This document shows positions 19,422 to 30,107 of a DNA stretch of 64,000 nt, one piece after another. This stretch comes from a bacterium. Its GTDB lineage: Bacteria; CLD3; SB21. The stretch covers positions 1-64,000 of the forward strand of contig JABWCP010000014.1 in the NCBI GenBank assembly GCA_013360215.1. Reading direction: 5' to 3'. A program made the position numbers and the translations under genes. The notes under the pieces were generated by a model. That model had not been told where the DNA came from. It saw only the letters and a program-made list of their open reading frames with translations, and made no database searches. Each line of letters opens with the position of its first letter. Within the stretch, counting starts at the first letter, position 1.

Positions 19422-21279
19422 GAACTTCGACTACGGCCGCTTGCGGGGCCGGAGTATTTTTAGGCGTTTCTTTGCGATCTTTTTCTTTCGGATCAAACGA
19501 TTTTTTGTTCCGAACAAAATTGAAATAATAATTCATCACAAGTGCACTCATCGGCGCCGCCACATCGGAACCCTCGCCGCCGTTTTCCATTAGCACAACT
19601 ATAGCTATTTCTGGATTTTCATACGGTGCGAAACCTACAAACCAGCCGTGATAACCTTCGGTACCGGAACCGACTTTACCATGTACGTTCTCTGCCGTTC
19701 CTGTTTTACCAGCAACCTGCGCCGCTTTCAATCCCGCTTTTTTTCCCGTACCTTCAAAATAATTGACGACGCCGAACATCGCTTGCCGCATCATATCCAT
19801 GTGTTCTTGTTTTACGGCCACATGCTTGACCGGGAATGTTACACGGCGGATACCTTCACTATCCTCCGCATACCGCACCAAATGCGGCGTTTGGTAAGTG
19901 CCGGCATTCGCAAAAATCATCGCGTATTGCAAAAGTTGCACGGGTGTCACCAAAATTTCCCCCTGACCGATACCCAGATTGACCACCGCGCCGCCTTTCC
20001 AATTATTGAAACCATACCGGCTGTTGTAGTATTCTGTCGTAGGAATCAATCCGCGGCGTTCGTTGGGAATATCCGTTCCTGTAGGTTCACCCAGACCAAA
20101 CATACGCGCATATTTAGCCAAACGGTTGATCCCCAATTTCCATGCTAATTCATAAAAATACACATCGCACGAACGCACCAATGAACTGGAAACATTCATG
20201 TGACCGTGGCCTTTGAGATTCCAGCATCGAAATTTATTACCACCGAGCTGATACACGCCTGTACACTCCACATACGTTTCCGGTGTTACCAATCCCTCTT
20301 CCAAACCGGCCAATGCCGTGATCATTTTAAAGGTGGAGCCAGGCGCATACCCGCTCTGTACCATACGATTAAAAAGCGGTTTGTCGGGATTTTCATTAAG
20401 CTCGCGCCATTGATCAATCGTAATGCCGTCCACAAACCAACGAAAATCATAATCCGGTTTGCTGGTTGCAGCCAAAATTTCACCCGTTCGTGTATCGGCC
20501 ACCATGATCGAACCGCGACGCGTGCCCAAAGCGCTTTCGACAAATTTTTGATAATCATTGTCTATCGAGAGATACAGATTATAACCGTCGCGCGGGTGCT
20601 TGGATATGCCGAGATCGCGCAGAACTTGCCCCTTGGCATTGGTTTCTAAACGATGATATCCTTTTTCGCCACGCAATTCGACTTCGTAAAACTTCTCCAA
20701 TCCCGATACGCCGACACGCTCGCCGATTTTATAGTCGGTATCCTGAAACTCGGCAGTTTTGTAATAACCGATGGTATTATCCGTAATCTGGCTCATATAG
20801 CCGATCAGATGCGGCATGGTAATATCGTCGGCATAAATCCGGTTGATATCTACTTTATATCCGATGCCTCGATGAAAACGGCGCTCTTCTTCAAGATGCG
20901 CGATCGTGACAAAATCCACTTCCGGTTTTATTACAACCGGTGCGTAGGGCCATGCGCCGCGCAATTTTTTGAGAATGTCCTCATCCGTCATACCGGTCAG
21001 CGAACGCACATACTGCATTTCGCCGGCGTTAAGCGTGTCAAATTCCGACAAGGTAATCGTCAATGCAAACGTAGGCCGATTTTCAACAATGCGCCGTCCA
21101 TATCGATCGTAAATCAATCCGCGCGAGGGAATCTGATCAATCGTGCGGGTGCTGTTATCCTCAGCGCGTGCGTGAAAATTATCATAAGCCATGATTTGCA
21201 AATAAAACAAACGGCCGAGCAGCATCAGCAAAATAGCCGCCAACGAAACATACATGGTAACGACACGATGATGATTCAT
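19405..21279 (-). CDS. mrdA: Penicillin-binding protein 2
   Basis: PGSTFK, SCDVYFY, KTGTAE motifs; located in the mre operon. Confidence 0.95.
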   Translation of the reverse strand: MNHHRVVTMYVSLAAILLMLLGRLFYLQIMAYDNFHARAEDNSTRTIDQIPSRGLIYDRYGRRIVENRPTFALTITLSEFDTLNAGEMQYVRSLTGMTDEDILKKLRGAWPYAPVVIKPEVDFVTIAHLEEERRFHRGIGYKVDINRIYADDITMPHLIGYMSQITDNTIGYYKTAEFQDTDYKIGERVGVSGLEKFYEVELRGEKGYHRLETNAKGQVLRDLGISKHPRDGYNLYLSIDNDYQKFVESALGTRRGSIMVADTRTGEILAATSKPDYDFRWFVDGITIDQWRELNENPDKPLFNRMVQSGYAPGSTFKMITALAGLEEGLVTPETYVECTGVYQLGGNKFRCWNLKGHGHMNVSSSLVRSCDVYFYELAWKLGINRLAKYARMFGLGEPTGTDIPNERRGLIPTTEYYNSRYGFNNWKGGAVVNLGIGQGEILVTPVQLLQYAMIFANAGTYQTPHLVRYAEDSEGIRRVTFPVKHVAVKQEHMDMMRQAMFGVVNYFEGTGKKAGLKAAQVAGKTGTAENVHGKVGSGTEGYHGWFVGFAPYENPEIAIVVLMENGGEGSDVAAPMSALVMNYYFNFVRNKKSFDPKEKDRKETPKNTPAPQAAVVEVHGTTN

Positions 21280-21285
21280 AGTTTA

Positions 21286-21810
21286 TTAAAAATCATAAAT
21301 AGTGTTGAAACGAACATAGTCCAGTGTGCGCAGGGGTATGGAAAGATAAATCACAAAAGCGGTAACGGCTGAATACAGTGAATTCCATAATCCATAGTGA
21401 AACATCAGATTCCAAAAATCTACGACGCCGTCCAGCGATTGGATCGCATAAAAAAACACGGCATGAATAACCGATAGAAAAAAAATCATGATCGGGAAAT
21501 AATATTTTTCGATCAACATCACGCGATCGGCCGCGAAGAAGTATGTCGCAAAGGCGGCAATTGTTTTACATAACGCATTGAGTCCGTAAAAATCAATCAT
21601 CGCATCTTGCCAAAGCCCAACCGTAAATCCAAATAACATACCCGGGATCTGCCCGAGGCGCATGCTTACAAATACCGTCAATATCAAAAGCAAATCCGGC
21701 ACATTATCCCCGACGGCCAGAAAAACTGAAACAAAACTTACTTGCATCAGGTAAAAAAAAGCCGCCGCACCCAGCAGCGAGAATGTCAAAATATTTCGTT
21801 TACGACGCAT
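21286..21810 (-). CDS. mreD: Rod shape-determining protein MreD
   Basis: Hydrophobic; PDLLLI...GFTVGLWQD; between mreC and mrdA. Confidence 0.88.
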   Translation of the reverse strand: MRRKRNILTFSLLGAAAFFYLMQVSFVSVFLAVGDNVPDLLLILTVFVSMRLGQIPGMLFGFTVGLWQDAMIDFYGLNALCKTIAAFATYFFAADRVMLIEKYYFPIMIFFLSVIHAVFFYAIQSLDGVVDFWNLMFHYGLWNSLYSAVTAFVIYLSIPLRTLDYVRFNTIYDF

Positions 21811-21813
21811 AGG

Positions 21814-22680
21814 TCAACGCTTTACGATAAAATAATTTTCAAAGCCTACAGCCACCGAACGCGTTCGGGACGTATCCGTTACGACAAACACTTCCTCCAA
21901 ACGATCGAAATCAACGGCCGTTTGCACCCGGATATCTTTAAAAAGGCCTTCGATCTCGTTATTCACTTCCGTAACCACGCCGACACGAAAATTAGGAAGA
22001 AAATATTCGCTATACTCTGACGTCAGAATGACATCGCCGATACGCACATCCAGATTCTTAAGAACGCCATAAAATGCCACTTCATCCGGATTGCCGAGCC
22101 AAAATACCACTCCGTTGGCACGGGTACGTTGTATTTTTGCGGCAACACGAAAATTTTTATCCAACAGCATCTGGCAAACGGAATGCTCTTCAAACACTTC
22201 GGCGATCTGGCCGACAAGACCGTATTCGTTGATCACATTTTGGTGCAGCCGTACACCATCGGCAGAACCTTTATCCAAAACAATATTACTGATCGCAGGA
22301 CGCGACTCCCGTGCAATGATGCGTGCGGGGCGCACACTCAGCGGAAACCGACTTCGAAATTCGACCAACTGGCGCAGGCGCACGTTTTCCATATACGCAT
22401 CTTCCAAAACGATATTACGCGACGCCAATTCGATATTGCGTTGTTGTAATTCCTTAATAACAACATCCGAATCGCGCCACCGCGGACCGGATGAAATTTT
22501 TTCACCCAGCATCGCCGCGAGATAAATCACGCGTTTGCGGAGAAAAATCATCGATTGATTGGGATTATTCTGCAAAAGAAGAATAGATGCGATGACAAGA
22601 ACGAGAAAAACAAATGAATGCCGGTAGACATACAGGATCTCTTTCAGGCCGGCATAAAAGTTTCTTAGTTTCCAGAGCAT
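21814..22680 (-). CDS. mreC: Rod shape-determining protein MreC
   Basis: ENVRLRQLV coiled coil, LDKGSADGV, GLVGQI, DFDRLEEV. Confidence 0.92.
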   Translation of the reverse strand: MLWKLRNFYAGLKEILYVYRHSFVFLVLVIASILLLQNNPNQSMIFLRKRVIYLAAMLGEKISSGPRWRDSDVVIKELQQRNIELASRNIVLEDAYMENVRLRQLVEFRSRFPLSVRPARIIARESRPAISNIVLDKGSADGVRLHQNVINEYGLVGQIAEVFEEHSVCQMLLDKNFRVAAKIQRTRANGVVFWLGNPDEVAFYGVLKNLDVRIGDVILTSEYSEYFLPNFRVGVVTEVNNEIEGLFKDIRVQTAVDFDRLEEVFVVTDTSRTRSVAVGFENYFIVKR

Positions 22681-22719
22681 GATGGGATCTTAATGCACGC
22701 TACCGGTACGGTACGGCGA

Positions 22720-23745
22720 TTAGTATTTGCGATTTTTGAGAATGACGGCCTGATATTTGGTCAGATTTTCCAGAACGCGTCCGACACCGCGCACGACGGC
22801 GGTCAGCGGATCTTCGGCGACGATCACCGGTAAACCCGTTTCTTTGCGCATACGCTCATCGAGCCCTTTGATCAAAGCACCACCGCCGGTAAGAACAATA
22901 CCGCGGTCAATCAGGTCCGATGCCAATTCAGGCGGGGTTTTTTCCAATGTACTTTTCGTACCTTCCACGATTTCACGAATCGTTCCTTCCAGTGCGCGTC
23001 GTACTTCTTCGGAATCCGTTTTCATCGTTTTGGGAATACCCGAAACAATATCGCGACCTTTGATTTCCATTTTCAATTCCTGCGCAAGCGGTACGGCGGA
23101 GCCGATATTACATTTGATGTCTTCCGCCATTTGTTCGCCCAAAAGCAAATTGTGCTGGACGCGGAAATATGTGATAATAGATTTAGTCAGTTCATCACCG
23201 GCGCTGCGAATCGAACGGTCGCATACGATGCCCGACAATGCAATCACGGCGATTTCGGCCGTTCCTCCGCCGATATCAATCACCATACTGCCTTTGGAAG
23301 CTTCGATATCTATACCCACGCCGATCGCCGCCGCCATAGGTTCTGCCACAAGATATACTTCTTTTGCCCCGGCATGTTCAGCCGAATCGCGCACGGCACG
23401 TTGTTCGACCATTGTAATTCCGGAAGGAACGCCTACGACAACGCGTTTACCCATAAACCGGGCCGGGCTCACCTTGCGAATAAACTCCTGCAGCATCAGC
23501 TCGGTCATTTCGAAATCAGCGATCACTCCGTCTTTCAGCGGACGCACCGTGAGTAACTCGTCATGGGTACGTCCTTCCATTTCTTTGGCTTCTTTGCCGA
23601 TCGCCATCATTTTATTGGAGCGCTTATTGATCGCTACGATCGAAGGCTCATTGATCACGACGCCTTTGTCTTTGACATAGACCAACGTGTTGGCCGTCCC
23701 GAGGTCAATCGCAATTTCATTGTTAAAAATATCAAACAGGCTCAT
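22720..23745 (-). CDS. mreB: Actin-like protein MreB
   Basis: IDLGTANT, PLKDGVIADF, DIGGGT, LTGGGAL. Confidence 0.97.
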   Translation of the reverse strand: MSLFDIFNNEIAIDLGTANTLVYVKDKGVVINEPSIVAINKRSNKMMAIGKEAKEMEGRTHDELLTVRPLKDGVIADFEMTELMLQEFIRKVSPARFMGKRVVVGVPSGITMVEQRAVRDSAEHAGAKEVYLVAEPMAAAIGVGIDIEASKGSMVIDIGGGTAEIAVIALSGIVCDRSIRSAGDELTKSIITYFRVQHNLLLGEQMAEDIKCNIGSAVPLAQELKMEIKGRDIVSGIPKTMKTDSEEVRRALEGTIREIVEGTKSTLEKTPPELASDLIDRGIVLTGGGALIKGLDERMRKETGLPVIVAEDPLTAVVRGVGRVLENLTKYQAVILKNRKY

Positions 23746-23778
23746 AACGCTCCGTATGCGTGGTTTTCTTAAATGGAT

Positions 23779-25332
23779 CTAATGTTTGAAATGACGGATA
23801 CTTGTAAATACCATCGCCATATTGTGTTCATCCGCCGCCGCGATTACTTCCGCATCTTTCACGGAACCGCCCGGCTGGATCACGGCCGTAGCACCTGCCG
23901 CCGCCGCCGCGTCAACGCCGTCGCGAAAAGGAAAAAAAGCATCCGACGCGATGGCCGAATTTTTCAACGAAAGCCCACTCTTGCCGGATTTGCTGACGGC
24001 TAACTCCGACGCATCAACCCGGGACATTTGTCCGGCACCGATACCGAGTGTCCGATCCGCCGCGGCATATACGATGGCGTTGGACTTAACGTGTTTGACG
24101 ATCGTCCATCCGAAAAGCAACGCGTGCATTTCTTCCGCATTGGGAGCGCGTCGCGTTACGACCTTCCACTCCGTCTGCCCCGCACGACGCATATCGGCGT
24201 CCTGAATCAAATAACCATCCAACGCTTTGCGGATCTCCGGCAACGCCGACCCCTGCGCCCGCGCCGCTTCAAAATCATAACGGATTAACCGGATATTTTT
24301 TTTCTTGGAAAGGATCTCAATTGCACCCGATTCAAATTCCGGTGCGATGATCGCCTCCACAAACACTTCACTTAAGGCTTCGGCGGTCGTCGCATTGAGA
24401 CGGCGATTAAAACCGATCACTCCGCCAAATGCCGAAACCGGATCTGTGGCTCTGGCATTCTGGTACGCCTGATACAAGTCGTCGTGCATCGCGGCACCGC
24501 AAGGATTGGTGTGCTTGACGATAACGCATGATGGTTTTTCAAAATCCGATACAACGCGCACACAGGCATCAAGATCGAGAATATTGTTGTATGACAATTC
24601 CTTGCCGTGCAACTGATCATAATACTTTTTAGAGTGAAAATTAGCCGCATAAAATGACGCTTTTTGATGCGGATTTTCGCCGTAGCGGAGCGGCTGAATT
24701 TGCTTAAACGTAAGATTTATTTTTTCGGGCAATGTCTCCGAAGAAGCGGTTACCTTAGATGCGAAATAACTTGAAATCAACGCATCATAACGTGCCGTAT
24801 GTTCAAACGCCTTGATCATCAAACGATAACGGGTGTCTTGCGATACATCGCCGCTAGTCATGATTTCCTGCATGACAGGTTCGTAATCCGACGGATCTAC
24901 CAATACAATGACACTGCGATAGTTCTTTGAAGCCGATCGTATCATCGAAGGTCCGCCGATATCAATATTTTCGATAGCCTCATGCAAAGGTACATCGGGT
25001 TTGCTGATCGTCGCTTCGAAGGGATATAGGTTAACCGCCAAAAGATCGATCATACCGATGCCGTGGTGATTAGCTTCTTCCATGTGGGTAGCATTATCGC
25101 GCAACGCCAGAAGTCCGCCATGTATCTTAGGGTGCAGTGTTTTGACGCGGCCATCCATCATTTCGGGAAATTGCGTGAGGTCCGAAATTTTTACGACGGG
25201 GATTCCATTTTGAGACAGCGCGGACGCCGTACCGCCGGTTGAAATAATTTCGACACCGACTTGATGCAGTTTTTGAGCCAGCGATTGAATTCCTGTTTTA
25301 TCGGATACACTAATAAGCGCACGTCGAATCAT
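23779..25332 (-). CDS. purH: Bifunctional AICAR transformylase/IMP cyclohydrolase
   Basis: ALISVSDKTG, GRVKTLHP, LRYGENPHQ, ASDAFFPF, RHFKH. Confidence 0.98.
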   Translation of the reverse strand: MIRRALISVSDKTGIQSLAQKLHQVGVEIISTGGTASALSQNGIPVVKISDLTQFPEMMDGRVKTLHPKIHGGLLALRDNATHMEEANHHGIGMIDLLAVNLYPFEATISKPDVPLHEAIENIDIGGPSMIRSASKNYRSVIVLVDPSDYEPVMQEIMTSGDVSQDTRYRLMIKAFEHTARYDALISSYFASKVTASSETLPEKINLTFKQIQPLRYGENPHQKASFYAANFHSKKYYDQLHGKELSYNNILDLDACVRVVSDFEKPSCVIVKHTNPCGAAMHDDLYQAYQNARATDPVSAFGGVIGFNRRLNATTAEALSEVFVEAIIAPEFESGAIEILSKKKNIRLIRYDFEAARAQGSALPEIRKALDGYLIQDADMRRAGQTEWKVVTRRAPNAEEMHALLFGWTIVKHVKSNAIVYAAADRTLGIGAGQMSRVDASELAVSKSGKSGLSLKNSAIASDAFFPFRDGVDAAAAAGATAVIQPGGSVKDAEVIAAADEHNMAMVFTSIRHFKH

Positions 25333-25380
25333 CTTGGAAGCAACACTTTTATAAATAAAATATAATTTTTCGGGCGCGCC

Positions 25381-25409
25381 AATGTAGAAACTGAGCGGTT
25401 AAAATGCAA
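25381..25409 (-). promoter_or_regulatory. sigma70-like promoter upstream of purH
   Basis: Minus strand TTGCAT-N17-TACATT. Confidence 0.5.
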
Positions 25410-25488
25410 GGTGTTTAGAGGCGAAATTCATTTGATAAGGGCATGGAAACGTAGACATACTTATAACAAACCCTCTCGCTGATAAAAT

Positions 25489-25520
25489 AAAAAAGGAAGA
25501 GTTTTAGCTCTTCCTTTTTT
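25489..25520. terminator. Intrinsic terminator (bidirectional form)
   Basis: AAAAAAGGAAGAG-TTTTAG-CTCTTCCTTTTTT. Confidence 0.75.
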
Positions 25521-25539
25521 ATACGATTCCTTATACCTA

Positions 25540-25920
25540 CTATTGAGCGGTCGCCGTAAATTCGCCGGACTGCAACACTTTACCGGTGCTGTCCACGATT
25601 TCGACTTTCCAGGTACCGGCACGGTGCACTTCATAAAACGCATACGTGCGCATCGACCAGGATTTGATTTCGAGCGGTACTTCATTTTTCAAGGTTTCGC
25701 CGTGATACCATTTCATGGTAACCGTCTGGCCTTCACCGCCGACAACTTTGATCCAGCAATAAACATTGCTTCCATTGGCGGGAAACGATGTAGCTTCGCC
25801 GACAACTTCGCTTTTCTCGACGGCGGTACCAAACTTCATGCCGTCAATCTTAACCTGAGCATGACCGGATTGAACAAATGCCAATGCGATCAAAATGACC
25901 AAAGCACTTACGTACTTCAT
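25540..25920 (-). CDS. Secreted DUF2914-like Ig-fold protein
   Basis: Signal peptide from MKYVSAL; GTWKVEIVDSTGKVL motif. Confidence 0.7.
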   Translation of the reverse strand: MKYVSALVILIALAFVQSGHAQVKIDGMKFGTAVEKSEVVGEATSFPANGSNVYCWIKVVGGEGQTVTMKWYHGETLKNEVPLEIKSWSMRTYAFYEVHRAGTWKVEIVDSTGKVLQSGEFTATAQ

Positions 25921-26076
25921 ACTACACCTCTTCTTAAAATTAATAAAATAAATATCGCGAGTTTTCCCACTTCGCATGCCTATTATACACGAAAGTGTCT
26001 ACGTGGTCAATATATAAATATAAAAACCTACGAAAAAATCGCAGGTTCTAATAGTAACCGTCTATTTTTTTAAATT

Positions 26077-26544
26077 TTATCTCGATCCGGCGCCCCATTC
26101 GTAATTAAGATCCAAACGAAATGAAACCTCTTTTTTATCTTCTTCCGACGGATTGTCAACAATCAGGTAATACAGTGTTTTTTGCGCTCGAAATTGATTA
26201 AGTAACCGAATTTTAAATGTGTGTTGTATTTTTTCGCCGGAATCATACTGTGTTTTGTAGGGTTCTTCTTCTTTAAATTTGAGAAAATTTTCTTCGTCCA
26301 TCACCATCACACGCGCTTTGCGATCGCCACCGTCTTCGACACGCCATTCACCATCCACTTCGATCGCTTCCATCTTATCTTCCAGCGTAATTTCAAACTG
26401 ATAATACTCACCTTTTCCAAGTGTTTCTTTCTTTTCGACATGTGTGATTTTACTGTTCATCACGGCTTTATTGCTGCCGCAGCCAAACAGCATCACGGAC
26501 GCCAACATCGCTACGCTATAAAGCCAAATTTTACTTAAGCGCAT
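26077..26544 (-). CDS. Hypothetical lipoprotein
   Basis: LFGC lipobox; beta-rich mature region. Confidence 0.7.
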   Translation of the reverse strand: MRLSKIWLYSVAMLASVMLFGCGSNKAVMNSKITHVEKKETLGKGEYYQFEITLEDKMEAIEVDGEWRVEDGGDRKARVMVMDEENFLKFKEEEPYKTQYDSGEKIQHTFKIRLLNQFRAQKTLYYLIVDNPSEEDKKEVSFRLDLNYEWGAGSR

Positions 26545-26620
26545 ACATTTCCCTTTCTGAAATAATAAAAGTTATTGACCTCGCATACATCAGTATATCT
26601 ATTTTGAGGTAAACGATGAT

Positions 26621-27919
26621 TCATCCTTTATAAAACATCCATTTGGCTAATTCGGGCAACGTGATTTTTTTACCGTACATGAGGATTCCGATACGATATA
26701 TGCGACCGGCTACCCACACAGCGCTCAAAAAACCGACGATCAGCAAACTCATCGAAAGGGCCAATTGCCACCAAGGCACGCCAAAAGGTATTCGTCCTAA
26801 CATTACAATGGGTGATGAAAACGGAATCATCGATGCCCAAAATGCCACCGGCCCGTGCGGATCATTGACCGAAACCTGAAGCAGAAAAAAAGATAGAATC
26901 ACCGGTATGGTGACGGGAAATGATAACGACTGCACGTCACCGGCATCATTGGCGCCCGAGGCCGCGGCGGCGTACAATGCCGCATAAAAAAGATAACCGC
27001 CTAGAAAATAAAACACGAAGCAGAAAAATAATTCTGTAAAATTAATCGAATCCAGATTTTTCATAAATACGGTTATCGCCTCCGCATCACGGGCGTTGAT
27101 ACCGCCTTGGGCAAGTGCATCCGGAGATAGCTGACCCATCTGCGGACCCAGCAGCAGCATTGCCCCCTGAAACAGTAACGCGCCGATAGCTATCCATGAC
27201 ACGAGCTGAGTCAATCCGACGGCAGCTACGCCGAGTATCTTACCTGTTAACATTTCAAAAGGCCGCACGGACGAGACGATCACTTCCACGATGCGATTGG
27301 CTTTTTCCTCCACCACACCATTCATCACCATCACGCCGTAGATGATAAGAATGATATAAATAATGATACCCATAATAATAGCCGTCGTAAGAGCGACAAC
27401 TTTATTATCTGAAGACTCACCTTCTTCGGTCATAATGATCGTTTCAAACGAAACACGCTGTTTGATCGCATCGATCTTATCCTTAGTCATTCCGGCCTCG
27501 GATAATCGCTCTTTTTCCTGTTCACGTGACAGTTCGCTATTGATATATAAGGTTGTCGTAAACCCAAGACCGCGGGATGAAAAATATTTTACCCCATCGT
27601 TTGGATCGGTACTAGCCGCAGGAATATACAAAACACCGTCATAATTATATTTGGTGTCCCGATACACGCGTTTGAGCGAATCCAGGGGCATGGATTCGTA
27701 GAAAAACTGAACAAGCCGTGAATCCTGTAATTTCTGAATATATAACCCGCTTTCGTCTCGTACGGCAATACGTTCGGCATCGTTATTGCGCGCGATCAGA
27801 AATATCGTCACCGGCAAAAGAAGCATCAAAAAAGGTACGACCAGTGTCGTAATCAAAAATGATCGTTTGGTCACGCGGCTGATATATTCACGTTTTAAAA
27901 CAAGGCCTATTTTACGCAT
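26621..27919 (-). CDS. ABC permease (NatB/YhaP-like)
   Basis: VVEEKANRIVEVIVSSV, GKILG, IPFSSPIVM, RIYRIGILMYGKK. Confidence 0.92.
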   Translation of the reverse strand: MRKIGLVLKREYISRVTKRSFLITTLVVPFLMLLLPVTIFLIARNNDAERIAVRDESGLYIQKLQDSRLVQFFYESMPLDSLKRVYRDTKYNYDGVLYIPAASTDPNDGVKYFSSRGLGFTTTLYINSELSREQEKERLSEAGMTKDKIDAIKQRVSFETIIMTEEGESSDNKVVALTTAIIMGIIIYIILIIYGVMVMNGVVEEKANRIVEVIVSSVRPFEMLTGKILGVAAVGLTQLVSWIAIGALLFQGAMLLLGPQMGQLSPDALAQGGINARDAEAITVFMKNLDSINFTELFFCFVFYFLGGYLFYAALYAAAASGANDAGDVQSLSFPVTIPVILSFFLLQVSVNDPHGPVAFWASMIPFSSPIVMLGRIPFGVPWWQLALSMSLLIVGFLSAVWVAGRIYRIGILMYGKKITLPELAKWMFYKG

Positions 27920-28826
27920 GGTTGTATCCCTTCACGTGTTCGATGAAAATTTCATTGAGCGACGGTAAAACCTCCTGAAATGCATGCATTTCCACCCGGC
28001 TCAAAAGGTGCGTTAATAATTGATTGGGCGAAACACCGGGTTGTGTTGCGATCACGGCCTCACCCGTTTTTTGAGATACGATCGAATAAACGGCATCGCC
28101 GGATTGCGGTAAAGCTCCGTCAAATTGTATGCGATAGTGATGCTTTTTGAACTGTTGTTTGATCGCTTTGACTTCACCATTAAGTATATTTTGACCTTGA
28201 TGCACCAGCGCTATACGATCGCATATTTCTTCGACTTGCTCCATACGGTGTGTGGAAAATATAATCGTCGCACCCAGTTCTTTGAGACGATGGATTTCAT
28301 CTTTGATCAGATCGGCATTGATCGGATCCAATCCGGAAAAAGGTTCGTCCAGTATAAGCAGGTCCGGTTCGTGTACGACGGTTGCAACAAATTGAACTTT
28401 CTGTTGCATCCCTTTGGATAACTCCTCTACCTTTTTATTCCACCAGTTCATGATATCCAACCGTTCAAACCAAGCTTTCACTTTTTTTTCAGCATCCCAA
28501 GATGACAACCCTCGCAACTCGGCGAGATACATCACATGATCGCCGATTTTCATTTGTTTATACAATCCTCGTTCTTCAGGCATATATCCTATTTTTTGAG
28601 TGTGTTCGGGTTTGATAGGATTCCCGTCAAAAAGAATAGCGCCTTCATCCGGCATCGTGATTTGTGTGATCATACGGATCAATGATGTTTTGCCTGCACC
28701 ATTGGGGCCAAGTAAACCGAAAATGGATTGCCGAGGCACGTCCAGAGTAATACGATCCACCGCCGTGTGCGACTGATAGCGCTTGACTACATCGCGCACA
28801 GAAAGTTTAGCATCCGTCATCGTCAT
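27912..28826 (-). CDS. ABC ATP-binding protein (YhaQ-like)
   Basis: GPNGAGKT, LSKGMQQK, LDEPFSGLDP, PSLNEIF. Confidence 0.95.
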   Translation of the reverse strand: MTMTDAKLSVRDVVKRYQSHTAVDRITLDVPRQSIFGLLGPNGAGKTSLIRMITQITMPDEGAILFDGNPIKPEHTQKIGYMPEERGLYKQMKIGDHVMYLAELRGLSSWDAEKKVKAWFERLDIMNWWNKKVEELSKGMQQKVQFVATVVHEPDLLILDEPFSGLDPINADLIKDEIHRLKELGATIIFSTHRMEQVEEICDRIALVHQGQNILNGEVKAIKQQFKKHHYRIQFDGALPQSGDAVYSIVSQKTGEAVIATQPGVSPNQLLTHLLSRVEMHAFQEVLPSLNEIFIEHVKGYNHA

Positions 28827-28845
28827 GATTTTCCCTCGAAAGTAA

Positions 28846-29457
28846 TTAATTATGTAAAGTCGTTTCTATGTTTTCCAAGACTTGTAACTGAGCCGCCATT
28901 TGTTGTGCATCTTTATCAAACATCCAGCGAACATAAGGGCGATAAAAAACTGTAACTACGGCGATAAAACCCATAAATCCGAGTTTGAAATACATCATAT
29001 AATTTTCGTTTACAGCCTCCATAGGTATAAACAAAACAATCAATGCAAGCACTATGCTGAAGCCGTATGCCGAACGCAGGTAGATACGAATTGTTTTTTG
29101 ATGAAGCCGAAGGTATGCCGTATGACGTGCACGCAGATCAATTCCGTAATCTAATGATGATACCCGGCGAATCAGAAGAATAAACAAAAAGCCATTGGGT
29201 ATAATAAAAAGAAAAGACGCCACTGTAATCGTCAATGAAATCAGTGGTAAATGCGATTGGACAAATAACACCGCGCCAATCATAAAAAGGATGGCCAACA
29301 TTCCGCTCAATTCAAAAAGAAGTTTTTTTCGGATACGAAGTTGCGCCGTTCGAATCCGCATTTCCAGAAGTTCACGAATATCCTTTTCATTCATACCGGT
29401 TTGAGGATAAAGCGACTGCCCTTGTTTCCAAAGTTCACGGAGTTCATCGTTTTCCAT
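28846..29457 (-). CDS. Membrane protein, probable anti-sigma factor
   Basis: MENDELRELWK N-terminus plus four TMs; overlaps the ECF sigma stop. Confidence 0.65.
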   Translation of the reverse strand: MENDELRELWKQGQSLYPQTGMNEKDIRELLEMRIRTAQLRIRKKLLFELSGMLAILFMIGAVLFVQSHLPLISLTITVASFLFIIPNGFLFILLIRRVSSLDYGIDLRARHTAYLRLHQKTIRIYLRSAYGFSIVLALIVLFIPMEAVNENYMMYFKLGFMGFIAVVTVFYRPYVRWMFDKDAQQMAAQLQVLENIETTLHN

Positions 29458-29983
29458 GATTTCCGGCCTCCATGATTTGTTTGAGTTGTTTCTTAATACG
29501 ATTGATTTTTACGCCGACGTTGGATTCCGTCAGACCCATGATCACCGCCATATCGGCGTAACTTACTTCCTCGAGATACAAAACGATCAGCGCTTTTTCG
29601 ACGGGTTCGAGCTGCGTTATCGCCGACTCCAATCTCCGTAACGGTTCGGTGTCTTCACTTTTTTCCGGAGCCATATTTTCCAGTACGCCGTCTTCCACCC
29701 GCTCGGCGACGATCGAACGCTGCTGCTTACGTTTGTACATCAGCGCCGTATTGAGTGCCACGCGATAGAGCCACGTCGAAAACTTGGAAGCACCTTCGAA
29801 TCGCGGATACGATTTCCATGCATTGAGCAAAACTTCCTGAAAAAGATCATCCTGATCATCCGGCGTGTGCGCGTACACCCGGCATATTTTATAAATGATC
29901 CCCTGATGTGTATGCACCAGATCGAGAAAAGTTTTAGAAATAACGTCCATCCGACCTTTCGTTTTGCTCATAGGTTGCCGCAA
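29444..29983 (-). CDS. ECF RNA polymerase sigma factor
   Basis: DDLFQEV, SKFSTWLYRVALN, SNVGVKINRIK. Confidence 0.93.
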   Translation of the reverse strand: MRQPMSKTKGRMDVISKTFLDLVHTHQGIIYKICRVYAHTPDDQDDLFQEVLLNAWKSYPRFEGASKFSTWLYRVALNTALMYKRKQQRSIVAERVEDGVLENMAPEKSEDTEPLRRLESAITQLEPVEKALIVLYLEEVSYADMAVIMGLTESNVGVKINRIKKQLKQIMEAGNHGKR

Positions 29984-30107
29984 AGTGCGAAAACTTACAA
30001 GGTTTCAAAACGAAATCGTATAAAAAAGAAAACCGGGTATGAGGAAACCCGGTTTATACGATATATTGCAGGGCGCCGATATATCGCGGATACATATATA
30101 GGATAAA

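Noticed and set aside
20653-21372. 239-aa + strand ORF and similar antisense ORFs over mrdA and rodA
   Set aside because: Antisense to well-supported conserved genes.
22757-23680. 307-aa + strand ORF
   Set aside because: Antisense shadow of mreB with no recognisable motifs.
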